DNA from: Elusimicrobiota bacterium
GTDB taxonomy: Bacteria > Elusimicrobiota > Elusimicrobia > Elusimicrobiales > UBA9959
Reading direction: 5' to 3'
NCBI GenBank assembly: GCA_036574205.1
Contig: JAINCQ010000037.1
Coordinates: 32,001-96,000 of the forward strand
DNA: 64,000 nucleotides
Part shown: piece after piece, positions 39,154-49,106 of the stretch
Layout of the letters: each line of letters begins with the position of its first letter
How positions within the stretch are numbered: the stretch's first letter is position 1
Translations under genes and position numbers: made by a program
Notes under the pieces: generated by a model
Database searches by the model: none
What the model saw: only the letters and a program-made list of their open reading frames with translations
Told to the model about the DNA's origin: nothing

Positions 39154-40935
39154 ATGGTAATCTTAGGTAGTTTTAGAAATATTTCTTTGAGCTTTTTAAA
39201 TAAAGTAATCTCTAAATTAAATTATTCAAATAGATTTTATAAAATTCCATTTTGTTCTATATATTATTTGCTTGAAAATGAAGATGAAATCTATTTTGAT
39301 GAGAAATTACGTGTGGGGGTTATATTTAACGGGGAGTTATATAATTTCTTTGGACAGAAGGTAGCAAATACAAATATTTCCAAAAAAATATATTCAATGT
39401 ATATTGAGAACCAGGTTTTTGAGAAAAAACTAAATGGTTTTTTTAAAATAATTATAATAGATTGGCGTATAAAGAATATTATTCTTATTACTGACAGGCT
39501 TGGTTTTGGCAGTATGTATTATAGTTTCTGTGATGGATTTTTTTCGGTTTCAACAGAGTTTAGTTTTTATTATGATTTTTATCATAATAATTTTGTTGAA
39601 AAGCAAATAAATGATAAATTGATTCTGGATTATCTTGTTAATAAGATTGATACTTCTTTATTTTATGGGAAAACTGTTATAAATAACGTATTTTGTGTGC
39701 GTCCTTCAAGCAAAGTTTTTTTAACTTCCAAAGGAATGTTTGAAAAGAAATATTTTATTCCTAAGCTTAATGATAAAATAGGAAGTTTCAATCCTGCTGA
39801 TTTTAAAAATAAATCTCTTGAATTTTATGAAATTTTGAAAGATACAGTAAAAGCAAGAATCCCTCAAAAAGGCAGTTATGGAATTGAACTTTCTGGTGGT
39901 ATTGATTCAACATCCATTTTATTTGTTATACTTGAGCTTATAAAAAGCGGTGCTAATGACAGGCTGAGTATATTAAATGTATATCATGAAGATGAAAAAG
40001 GGTATATAGATGTGATTGATAGAAAGTTAAAAAGATATGGCTTTTCTTTAACTAAATTAAGTTATAGAGAACCTGATTTTGAAAAAGTTGTAAGACTTTT
40101 GTTAATAAGTTCAAAACTTTACACATCCTATAATTTTCTAAGCAGTTCAATTATCCTCAAAGAAGGAAAAGAAATGGGAATTAATGTGATGTTTGATGGA
40201 GATGGTCCTGATGAAATGATGGGAGGTTATGAGAATAAATACTTTAACCTTTATCTTATGGATTATTATAAGGAATTTGGACTAAAAGCTTTTTTAAAAG
40301 AATATAAATTTTATAAAGAAAAACTTTTTAATTTTAATCCTACGCTTAAATATAGTAAAAATATAAGTGATCTTCTTTTCCGGATTGATTATATGAGGCG
40401 TTCTCAAATTGATAGATTTGCTGAAAAGATTTTATCACAGCCTTATAAAGGGTATTTTAACGATGATCTTGTTATGAAAACGCTTACCTCGTCTTTTGTT
40501 TTTGATACCTATTATCAAATAGCAGTTGGAAGCGGGATGGAGTTTAAATATCGTCGTCCTTATCTTGATAATAAGGTTATTGATTTTATTTTTAGTTTAC
40601 CTGTTTGTTATAAAATACATAATGGAGTCGGCAAATATATTTTAAAAAGTGCCATACGTTCAAGAATACCATTAGAGATAATTTGCAGAGAAAAGTTTGG
40701 AGGAATGGTAAATTACAATTTTGTAAAAAATTTTCTTTTAAATAACAAAAATATAATTTTTGAGTTAATTAAAGATGGGTATGTGTCAAAATATATAGTT
40801 CTAAAACCCTTGATTAAAAACTTTCGATGGTTGATAGACAACAAAAATCCTCATATAATATTGAGAGTATTGAATATTGAACTGATTTTAGAAGCATTGA
40901 ATAAAAAAAGCTTTTATAAAAAATGGGTTGAATGA
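39154..40935 (+). CDS. Asparagine synthetase-like ATP-dependent amide ligase without the N-terminal catalytic Cys
   Basis: FNGELYN, DRLG, ELSGGIDS, GDGPDEMMGGY, RPYLD, KYILK. Confidence 0.85.
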   Translation: MVILGSFRNISLSFLNKVISKLNYSNRFYKIPFCSIYYLLENEDEIYFDEKLRVGVIFNGELYNFFGQKVANTNISKKIYSMYIENQVFEKKLNGFFKIIIIDWRIKNIILITDRLGFGSMYYSFCDGFFSVSTEFSFYYDFYHNNFVEKQINDKLILDYLVNKIDTSLFYGKTVINNVFCVRPSSKVFLTSKGMFEKKYFIPKLNDKIGSFNPADFKNKSLEFYEILKDTVKARIPQKGSYGIELSGGIDSTSILFVILELIKSGANDRLSILNVYHEDEKGYIDVIDRKLKRYGFSLTKLSYREPDFEKVVRLLLISSKLYTSYNFLSSSIILKEGKEMGINVMFDGDGPDEMMGGYENKYFNLYLMDYYKEFGLKAFLKEYKFYKEKLFNFNPTLKYSKNISDLLFRIDYMRRSQIDRFAEKILSQPYKGYFNDDLVMKTLTSSFVFDTYYQIAVGSGMEFKYRRPYLDNKVIDFIFSLPVCYKIHNGVGKYILKSAIRSRIPLEIICREKFGGMVNYNFVKNFLLNNKNIIFELIKDGYVSKYIVLKPLIKNFRWLIDNKNPHIILRVLNIELILEALNKKSFYKKWVE

Positions 40936-41255
40936 ATAAAACAAAATTTTTAAAAGAAATTAAAAAATATCCTTTATTTTTTCAAAAAGTCTGGTTTTGT
41001 TGTATGAGCATTCCCTGTGGCAAGACCCGAAGTTATAAATGGATAGCTGAAAAAATAGGTCACCCAAAAGCTTATAGAGCAGTTGCGCTTGCCTTAAAAA
41101 GAAATCCTTTTGCCCCATATGTACCCTGTCATAGAGTTATACGATCTGATGGAAAAATTGGTGGATACTCCGCAAAAGGTGGAATAAAGAAGAAGAAAGA
41201 ATTAATTGAGAAAGAAATGTTATTATCCAGAAGGAATAAGAATAAACTCAAATAA
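40932..41255 (+). CDS. ogt: O6-methylguanine-DNA methyltransferase (C-terminal domain only)
   Basis: IPCGKTRSY, RAVA, NP....PCHRV, GGY. Confidence 0.88.
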   Translation: MNKTKFLKEIKKYPLFFQKVWFCCMSIPCGKTRSYKWIAEKIGHPKAYRAVALALKRNPFAPYVPCHRVIRSDGKIGGYSAKGGIKKKKELIEKEMLLSRRNKNKLK

Positions 41256-42139
41256 AAATTGTGGCTCTTTTATTTCTCTATTGTCGGATATTATTTTTTT
41301 TGTTTTATTTATCTTACTTATAATCTCTTTATCAAGGAAGGTTTTTGGAGCCTGCAGTATTCTTGGAGTTTCAAGTAAAAATTGAAATCCCTTTTTAGAA
41401 AAAATCTTTTTGCACTCAATTGGGGCAAATTCAAAGTCATCTTTAAAAATAAAATATTTTGATAGTATTGTTTTTCTTATATAAGCGATTTTTGGTATAT
41501 ACATATTCATAAAGTTGTATATATTTTCACCTCTTTTTATACTTTTTTTGCAGTCATATGAACATGGATGCCAGGTAATAAATGGCTCAAAGCTATCCCT
41601 TTTTCAAAAAATGGCATATTATCATCAATATATTTTTTTAACATATCCCTTGTTCCATAATTTTCATTAGGGATCCTTGAATAAAAATTTGTAATATTAT
41701 TAAGCCAGAAAGGAATGTTTTCTGTTTTTTTAGTTTTTGAGAAAATGTGTTTTATAAGAGGGTAGTATCCCTTAAAAGTATTATCCTTCCATATCTTATA
41801 TTCCTTTACGCAGCAATCAGGATATCCTAAATGAACCCCCCATTCTATAATCTTATTGTTAAGAAACATTTTCTTTGCAGCATTCATTCTTTTTAAATTG
41901 GTTCCTATAAGTATATCTGAATGTTCTTCCTTAAAAACATTTTTACCATCTTCTTTCATCAAAAGCATCTTAAACCCAAACTTATCACAAAGTTCAGTCA
42001 TGGCTTTCATATCTTCTTTTGTTTGAACTGCCGTATAAACCACATCCTTATCCTGACAAAGAAGCGATACCAGATCGTTTATCTGAATGGTCCTTGGTCT
42101 TTTTTCTATAAGATACTTTTTTATCGTTTCTTTATCCAT
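41223..42139 (-). pseudogene. DUF483-like Cys-rich protein, frameshifted near 41600
   Basis: LGYPDCC in ORF 41537-42139; the -1 frame gives DSFEPFITWHPCSYDCKKS, which is continuous with ORF 41223-41510. Confidence 0.75.
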
Positions 42140-42142
42140 TTT

Positions 42143-43138
42143 TTAAAACTCCGATTTTAATCTTCTTGACATAAGCGATTTTAACGCATCTTCTGGTTTT
42201 TTAGAATGATAGATTACATAATAAACCTCATTTGTTATTGGCATCTCTATTCCGATTTTTTTTGAAAGTTCATAAACTGCCTTGCTTGTCTTAATACCTT
42301 CTGCTATATGAGTTGTATTTTGAATAAATTCTTTTAATTTTTTACCTTTACCTAAGTTATATCCGACTGAGTAGTTCCTTGAAATTTTTGAGTTACAGGT
42401 AAGAAGCAGATCTCCTATTCCACTAAGTCCAAGAAATGTTATATCTTTTGCTCCAAATTTTTTACCAAATTTCCTTATTTCGTTTAATCCTCTTGTTATC
42501 AATGCAGCTTTTGTATTGTTACCAAGACCAAGTGCGTCGCACATCCCTGCTGCTATTGCAATGACATTTTTTAATGCTCCAGATAACTCAGTTCCTACAA
42601 TGTCATCATTTTCATAAACTCTAAAATATTTGCAATTAAGAATTTTCTGTAGTTTTTTCCTTTCAGCTCTATCTGGTCCAGCTATTGTTGTCGCAGCTGG
42701 CATTTTGTTTGCTATTTCTATCGCAAAATTTGGTCCTGAAAGAACATATGTTGGTTTTTTAAATATTTGGTATAAAATCTCTGACGGCCTTTCAAATGTC
42801 TTTAATTCTATTCCTTTTGAAAGACTTAATATAATATTCCCTTTAAATGCTATCCCATATGAAGTAAGTGTAGTTCTGATATATTGAGTTGGGACTGCAT
42901 TTATAAGTAATTTAGATTCGCTAATTGCATCGCTTATATTATGTACTGCTTTTAGTTTTTTTGGCAGTTTTATACCTTTAAGAAAAATCTCGTTTTCGTG
43001 TTTTAAATTAATACTGTTTATTACCTCGGCTTCTCTTGCCCATATAACTACATTAAATCCTTTTTCTGAAAGTATTTTTGCAACAGTTGTTCCCCATGTC
43101 CCCGCGCCAATAACTGAAATTTTATTTATTTTACTCAT
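42143..43138 (-). CDS. gpsA: NAD(P)H-dependent glycerol-3-phosphate dehydrogenase
   Basis: GAGTWG, SKGIE, SGPNFA, GALKNVIA, GDLLLTC.S..SRN. Confidence 0.97.
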   Translation of the reverse strand: MSKINKISVIGAGTWGTTVAKILSEKGFNVVIWAREAEVINSINLKHENEIFLKGIKLPKKLKAVHNISDAISESKLLINAVPTQYIRTTLTSYGIAFKGNIILSLSKGIELKTFERPSEILYQIFKKPTYVLSGPNFAIEIANKMPAATTIAGPDRAERKKLQKILNCKYFRVYENDDIVGTELSGALKNVIAIAAGMCDALGLGNNTKAALITRGLNEIRKFGKKFGAKDITFLGLSGIGDLLLTCNSKISRNYSVGYNLGKGKKLKEFIQNTTHIAEGIKTSKAVYELSKKIGIEMPITNEVYYVIYHSKKPEDALKSLMSRRLKSEF

Positions 43139-43184
43139 AAAACTATTATATAAAATATGATTAATTAAAAACCTTAATTGAATA

Positions 43185-43796
43185 TTAGCCTTTTATATAT
43201 TTTATGTAATCCTGACGAGTATCTATGTCTTTTAATATATTTTTATCTGATACAACCAAATCCATTACCTTAACCTTCGGATGATGTGTTACCCAGTGCA
43301 ACCCTTTTTTATATGGCGCATTAATAATGAGGGAAAGGTATTTAGCTGGTATTATTATTGGGTGCCCGCGTTTGAAATAAAAATTATCTTTTCCCTCCTG
43401 TATTTTTACTTTTGGAATTATTATAGAATTTTTATTTTTTTTATAAAAATTTATTATTTTTTTATAAGTTGATAATTTTATTAAAGGCTGGTCTACAAGA
43501 TTTATCATAATTGGAGTTTTAATATTTTTTGATTGTAAATATCTAACTGCAACTTTAAGCGAATTAAGTTGCTTTGAAAAATATTTAGGATTTAAAAGGA
43601 TAATTGCATTTTCTATATTTAAAGAAGTTATCTTTTTTATATTTTGTTTTCCAGCTACTATTATGAGTTTATCTGAAACTTTTCTTAACTTCAGGGATAT
43701 TTCTTCAATAAATGTTTTGTCTTTTATTTTTAATAATGCTTTATCTTTTTCTCCCATTCTTAGAGATTTTCCAGCTGCAAGTATTATGGAAATCAT
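43185..43796 (-). CDS. mocA: Molybdenum cofactor cytidylyltransferase (MocA/YgfJ-like)
   Basis: ILAAGKSLRMG..KALL, LVDQP, RGHP, DIDT..DY. Confidence 0.8.
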   Translation of the reverse strand: MISIILAAGKSLRMGEKDKALLKIKDKTFIEEISLKLRKVSDKLIIVAGKQNIKKITSLNIENAIILLNPKYFSKQLNSLKVAVRYLQSKNIKTPIMINLVDQPLIKLSTYKKIINFYKKNKNSIIIPKVKIQEGKDNFYFKRGHPIIIPAKYLSLIINAPYKKGLHWVTHHPKVKVMDLVVSDKNILKDIDTRQDYIKYIKG

Positions 43797-43797
43797 C

Positions 43798-45159
43798 TTA
43801 TATTTTTGAGATTATTTTATTTACTATTTTATCAGCTTGATGTCTTAAATTTTCTTCATCTATCGTAGTTAACCTACCGTCTTTTACAATTATTTTTCCA
43901 TTAACAATCGTATATTTAGCTTTCTGAGAAATTCCACAAAAAAGGGTGGAGGCTATTGTATCATAAGTAGAACCAGCATATTCAATTCCGCTTAAATCAA
44001 ATATGGCTATATCCGCAGCTTTACCAACAGATATTTCTCCTATATCATTTCTCCCCAAAACAGTTGCTCCACCTTTAGTTGCAAGATATAAAGCATCTTT
44101 AACAGGCATTGAGGCAACTCCATCCTTAACCCTTGAGACGAGCATAGCCATTCTTGCTTCCATAAGCGCATTTGAGGTGTCATTTGAAGCTGAACCATCA
44201 ACTCCTATTGAAACTGGAACTTTATGTTTTAAGAACATTCTTATTGGGGCAATTCCAGAACCAAGCCTTAAATTAGAGGAAGGGCAGTGTGAAACTCCAG
44301 TATTTGTTTTTCCCATCTTTTTGGCTTCTTCTTCATTTATATATACGCAGTGAGCAAACCATGAATTTCCATTTTCAACCCATCCTACGCTTTCCATATA
44401 TTCAAGTGGCTTCATTTTATAAACTTTTAAACAATATTCTTCTTCATCAATTGTTTCAGCAAGATGTGTGTGCATCTTTACCCCCCATTTTCTTGCCATT
44501 TCAGCCGTTAGTTTAAGAAGCTCAGTAGTTACTGAAAATGGTGAACACGGGGCAAGAGCTACCTGGGTCATAGCAAATTTTTCATTTGAGTGATATTTTT
44601 TTACAACTCTTTCTGAGTCCTTCATAATTGTGTTTTCATCCTGTATTACATCATCTGGAGGAAGCCCACCTTTACTTTTTCCTCTGCTCATAGAACCTCT
44701 TGTAGCAACAAATCTTAAACCGACTTCTTTTGCAGATTCTATTTCTCTATCTATTAAAAATTTAGATGATTTTTTTGGAAAAAGGTATAGATGATCTGAG
44801 GTTGTTGTGCATCCTGTTAATGCAAGCTCTGAAAGTCCTACTTTCGTTGAAATATCAACCCATTCCTCATCAAGGTTTCTCCATATTTCGTATAAAAAAA
44901 CAAGCCAATCAAAGAGCTTTGCATCTTGAACGGCCGGAATATTTCTTGTAAGTGTTTGAAATAGATGGTGATGTGTATTAACAAATCCTGGCAAAACCAC
45001 ACAGTTTTTTGCGTTTATAATATAATCTGCGTTTGCTTTTATATTTTTACCTATTTTCTTAATTTCTGGACCTTCTATATATATATCACAATTTTTTAAT
45101 TCTCTTTTTTTATCATCAGCGCAAAATATATCACCGTTTTTTATTAATATAGATTTCAT
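43798..45159 (-). CDS. 8-oxoguanine deaminase-like amidohydrolase
   Basis: PGFVNTHHHLFQ, APCSPFSV, HTHLAE, HCPSSNLRLGSG, GVDGSASND. Confidence 0.85.
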   Translation of the reverse strand: MKSILIKNGDIFCADDKKRELKNCDIYIEGPEIKKIGKNIKANADYIINAKNCVVLPGFVNTHHHLFQTLTRNIPAVQDAKLFDWLVFLYEIWRNLDEEWVDISTKVGLSELALTGCTTTSDHLYLFPKKSSKFLIDREIESAKEVGLRFVATRGSMSRGKSKGGLPPDDVIQDENTIMKDSERVVKKYHSNEKFAMTQVALAPCSPFSVTTELLKLTAEMARKWGVKMHTHLAETIDEEEYCLKVYKMKPLEYMESVGWVENGNSWFAHCVYINEEEAKKMGKTNTGVSHCPSSNLRLGSGIAPIRMFLKHKVPVSIGVDGSASNDTSNALMEARMAMLVSRVKDGVASMPVKDALYLATKGGATVLGRNDIGEISVGKAADIAIFDLSGIEYAGSTYDTIASTLFCGISQKAKYTIVNGKIIVKDGRLTTIDEENLRHQADKIVNKIISKI

Positions 45160-45172
45160 AATATCTCCATTG

Positions 45173-47620
45173 TTACTTTTTTACTATTTCTCCCTTTTTT
45201 CTTTTTCTCATAAATATTGCCTGTGAAGGGCATTTTTTAGAGCATATGGAACATCCTACACATCTTTTAGAATCAAATTCCGGAATTTTTTCACTATTAA
45301 GTTTAACAGCTAAATATCCGCAGGTTGTACAGTTCCCGCAATGTATGCATTTTTCTTTATCAACATCAGGGATCATTTTTATAGAATTTAATTTTTCAAA
45401 AGGAGTTATTATCTCCGGTAAAGCACAACCTATAAATTCTTCTACTGATTTATATCCTTTGTATTCAAGAAGGGAGGATAAACCCCATTCTAAATGATTT
45501 ATTATATCATATCCATATTTCATTAATATTGTGCAAAACTGGACATTTTTTGCTCCCATCGCCAGAAAATGAGCGGCACTTTTATAATCCATTGCGCCTC
45601 CATTTGCAGATATTGGTATTCCTATTTTTACTGCCTTAGCCACAGTAAGATAACTTATTGGGGCTATACCAGCTCCACTTAATCCAATAACTACTCCTTC
45701 ATCCCATTTGCCTTCTTTTCTTTTGTGCCATCCAAGCGCAGGAAAAGAATTTGCAAGGGTTATCCCCGCTTTTTTATGGGGATATTTATCTAAAACATCC
45801 TTTATTGCTTTAACAATTTGATAAATAGATGTAACTGCTCCTGTTAATTTAAATAGTTTTGGTATTTCTGGGTTAGATATTTCCATTATCCAGTCTACTA
45901 TTTTAGCAGATAGCTCTGGATTTTGAGATACTATGTCGCCTTTTGTCCCATCTCCTCCCTGTGGGCAGGATAGACTATATTCAATAACCATAGCCCCGCA
46001 GTCTTCCAATTTTTTTGTGTTTGACTGCCATACTGATTTATCGCGTTCTTCATTTCCTGTTACAGGGCCTCCGGTTGAAGCGCCGGTTATTCTGTCTGGA
46101 TAAAGTTTTTTAATCTTTTCTATTTCCTTACATACTCTATCAAGTGGATGGTCTGAAACATTATCGCAGTTTCCATAAGTTGATTTATTAAATAAGAACA
46201 TATATTCAGATGGAATATGTATATCTACATTGTCAAAAGCGGTTTTCATTATTACACCAGGCCAACCGTTTTCATATGCTTTTTTAACTTGATCAAAACC
46301 ATCTGAGTGTGGAGAAGCTGATATCATAAAAGGGGATTTCATCTTATAACCAAAAAAATCTGTTTCAAGGTCTATTGGTTTCATATTTCTTGAAGCAAGT
46401 ACTGTATTATTTTTTTTATTGTCTTTAATATTTACTTTTTCCCCTTTAAGATATGCATCTACGCTAATTGCTGCATTTTTCCCACTTGCAACACATTCTA
46501 CAACAGTTGAAGCTCCATTTAAAACATCTCCACAATAAAAGAGTCCTTTTTCTTTTTCTATTTTTATTGAATTTACGTTTTTAATTGCAAGGATTATAAA
46601 ATCCGCATCTGGCCTTAATTGTTGTGAGTTTTTTATTTCGTTGCCTTCCTTATCAAGTTTTACAAAAACAGCTCCGCAAACCTTTCTGTTTTTAACTATA
46701 ATTTCTTTTATTTTCATCCTACCGTTTATATTTATTTTTTTATTAAATAGCTCTTTTATTTCCTTTTCTGGAATCTGAATCTCTGAAGAATTTTTCCTTG
46801 TGAAAATCTCAACAGATTTCGCTCCATTTTTAAGAGCTGTAATAGCACAATCACAAGCTACTGCTCCTCCGCCAGATATTAAAACAGTTTTATTTTTGAG
46901 ATTATATTTTTTTTGATTTTTTAGATATTCTATCCCTTTAATAGCAAAGTCTTCATTTGGTATTCCAAGTTGTAATTGTTTGTCCACTCCAGTTGAAACT
47001 ATGACAGCGTCATATGAAGAAAGCAATTTTTTAGGATTTTTTATTTCTGATGAAAAGTAAAATTTTATATCTCCAAGATTTTTAATGAATTCAATATCAG
47101 TTTTAAGTATCTTTTTATCAAGTCTTTCTTCTGGAATAATATTAATAGATCCTCCCGCTTCTTTACTGCTTTCATAAATATCAATAGAATATCCAAGAGG
47201 TGCAAGTGTTGCCGCCGCGCCCAGACCAGAAGCGCCACAACCTATAATGGCAACCTTCTTACCATTTGGAGTTAAAGGTTCAAAGTGTGGCATAAGATTT
47301 AGATCCTTTGCTTTTTGTATTATGGTTGCCTGAACTGCTGGTATGTTTATAGGTTTATCTAAAAGTTTTCTTGAACATGCATCCATGCAAAACCAATCAG
47401 GGCATACAGCTCCACATACACCTCCTAATGGGTTAGACCCCATTATTATTTTCGCTGAAGTTTTAAAATCTGATTTTTCTCTTGTCCTTATAGCCATTAT
47501 AAAATCAGCTGGTGAACATCCGCTAGGGCATGCCTTTGCGCATGGTTTTTCCTGACAATAAAGGCACCTATCAACCTCATTATATAATTCTCCATCGCTT
47601 AAAAAAATCTTTCCTTCCAT
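45173..47620 (-). CDS. Dihydropyrimidine dehydrogenase-like PreT-PreA fusion (Fe-S/FAD + FMN barrel + 2x[4Fe-4S])
   Basis: RCLYCQEKPC..ACP, CGAVCP...C...C, GCGASG, GGGAVACD; barrel with SLSCPQ, FKLT, ISANGG; C-terminal CIHCGNC and CVGCSICSKKCP. Confidence 0.85.
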   Translation of the reverse strand: MEGKIFLSDGELYNEVDRCLYCQEKPCAKACPSGCSPADFIMAIRTREKSDFKTSAKIIMGSNPLGGVCGAVCPDWFCMDACSRKLLDKPINIPAVQATIIQKAKDLNLMPHFEPLTPNGKKVAIIGCGASGLGAAATLAPLGYSIDIYESSKEAGGSINIIPEERLDKKILKTDIEFIKNLGDIKFYFSSEIKNPKKLLSSYDAVIVSTGVDKQLQLGIPNEDFAIKGIEYLKNQKKYNLKNKTVLISGGGAVACDCAITALKNGAKSVEIFTRKNSSEIQIPEKEIKELFNKKININGRMKIKEIIVKNRKVCGAVFVKLDKEGNEIKNSQQLRPDADFIILAIKNVNSIKIEKEKGLFYCGDVLNGASTVVECVASGKNAAISVDAYLKGEKVNIKDNKKNNTVLASRNMKPIDLETDFFGYKMKSPFMISASPHSDGFDQVKKAYENGWPGVIMKTAFDNVDIHIPSEYMFLFNKSTYGNCDNVSDHPLDRVCKEIEKIKKLYPDRITGASTGGPVTGNEERDKSVWQSNTKKLEDCGAMVIEYSLSCPQGGDGTKGDIVSQNPELSAKIVDWIMEISNPEIPKLFKLTGAVTSIYQIVKAIKDVLDKYPHKKAGITLANSFPALGWHKRKEGKWDEGVVIGLSGAGIAPISYLTVAKAVKIGIPISANGGAMDYKSAAHFLAMGAKNVQFCTILMKYGYDIINHLEWGLSSLLEYKGYKSVEEFIGCALPEIITPFEKLNSIKMIPDVDKEKCIHCGNCTTCGYLAVKLNSEKIPEFDSKRCVGCSICSKKCPSQAIFMRKRKKGEIVKK

Positions 47621-47707
47621 AAAAGCCTCCATTTTAAAGACAACATTATCATTTTATAATTTAATTAATTTATTGTAAAATTGTATTTAATTTAAGGAGG
47701 AATTTTT

Positions 47708-49036
47708 ATGTCAAAGAGTTTACTTATAAAAAACGCTGTTGTTTTTACAGGACCTTTATCTTTAAAACTCTTGAAAGGATATAACATATATATTAAGGAT
47801 GGAATTATATGTGATATTTTTAAAACATCTAATCTAAAAAATATCAAAGCTGAAAGGGTTATAGATGCAAAGGGTGGGCTGGTTATGCCCGGGTTTATAA
47901 ATGTTCATATGCATTTTTATTCTACTTTTGCGCGTGGACTTTCTAAAATAAAACCTTCAAAAAATTTTGTTGAGGTTTTAAAAAATCTGTGGTGGAAACT
48001 TGATAAAAAACTTGGATATGAGGCTATATATTATAGTGCTTTATCATCTGCTATCTCAGCAATTAGAAAAGGGACTACGACATTTATAGATCATCATGCT
48101 AGCCCTTTTTCAATAACTGGATCATTATTTGAAATAGAGAAGGCTATAAAAAAAGCTGGGTTAAGGGCATCATTATGTTATGAGGTTTCAGATAGAGATG
48201 GAGAAAAAAAAGCTGAAGAAGGTTTGAAAGAAAATTATGAATTTATAAAATATGTTAGAAAAAATGGCGGAAATAAAATAAAAGCGCTTTTTGGATTGCA
48301 CGCATCTTTTACTTTATCAAATAAAACCCTTGAAATAGCAAGTGATCTTGGAAATAGCTTAGATGCTGGATTTCATGTCCATTGCGCAGAAGCTGATAGT
48401 GATGAAAAAGACTGTGTTAAAAAACATAAGATGAGAGTAGTTGAAAGATTTGATAAATTTAAAATACTTGGACCAAAAACAATACTGGCTCATTGTGTTC
48501 ATATAAATGAAGATGAAATTGAGTTAATAAGAAAAAGCGCTACTGTAGTAGCTATAAATCCTCAATCCAATGCAAATAATGCTGTTGGGATATCTGATAT
48601 AATAGGATTTGCCAGAAAAGCTATCCTCTATGGTCTTGGAACTGATGCAATGACTGTTAATATGCTTGAAGAGTTGCGCTTTGCTTTGTGGCTGTGCCAT
48701 TTAAAAAACTCAAATCCTTCAGTAGGATTTAATGAAGTTTCAGCTCTTATAGCCAATAATGTTAAGATAGCGTTGAGACATTTTGAAAAAATAGGTGAAA
48801 TACAAAAAGGATATTATGCTGATATGGTTATTTTTAATTATTTTCCTCCAACACCTTTTGAAACAACCAATTTCTATGGCCATCTTATATTTGGAATATC
48901 CGCAATTGAGCCATCCTGTGTTATAGTAGATGGAAACGTTTTGATGGAGGATAAAAAATTGAATTTAGATATTGATGAAAGAGAAATATCCCGTAAATCT
49001 ATTGAGATATCTAAGAAAATCTGGAAGAATTTTTAA
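47708..49036 (+). CDS. ssnA: SsnA-type aminohydrolase
   Basis: HMHFYSTFARG, LWWKLD, IDHHASP, CYEVSDRDG, GLHASFT, NPQSNANNAVG. Confidence 0.9.
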   Translation: MSKSLLIKNAVVFTGPLSLKLLKGYNIYIKDGIICDIFKTSNLKNIKAERVIDAKGGLVMPGFINVHMHFYSTFARGLSKIKPSKNFVEVLKNLWWKLDKKLGYEAIYYSALSSAISAIRKGTTTFIDHHASPFSITGSLFEIEKAIKKAGLRASLCYEVSDRDGEKKAEEGLKENYEFIKYVRKNGGNKIKALFGLHASFTLSNKTLEIASDLGNSLDAGFHVHCAEADSDEKDCVKKHKMRVVERFDKFKILGPKTILAHCVHINEDEIELIRKSATVVAINPQSNANNAVGISDIIGFARKAILYGLGTDAMTVNMLEELRFALWLCHLKNSNPSVGFNEVSALIANNVKIALRHFEKIGEIQKGYYADMVIFNYFPPTPFETTNFYGHLIFGISAIEPSCVIVDGNVLMEDKKLNLDIDEREISRKSIEISKKIWKNF

Positions 49037-49106
49037 CCATCAAGTTTTGATAAAATATATTTTGTTTTTCTTGTTTATTTGAGTCCTCTTTGAATTTTAA
49101 ATCAAA

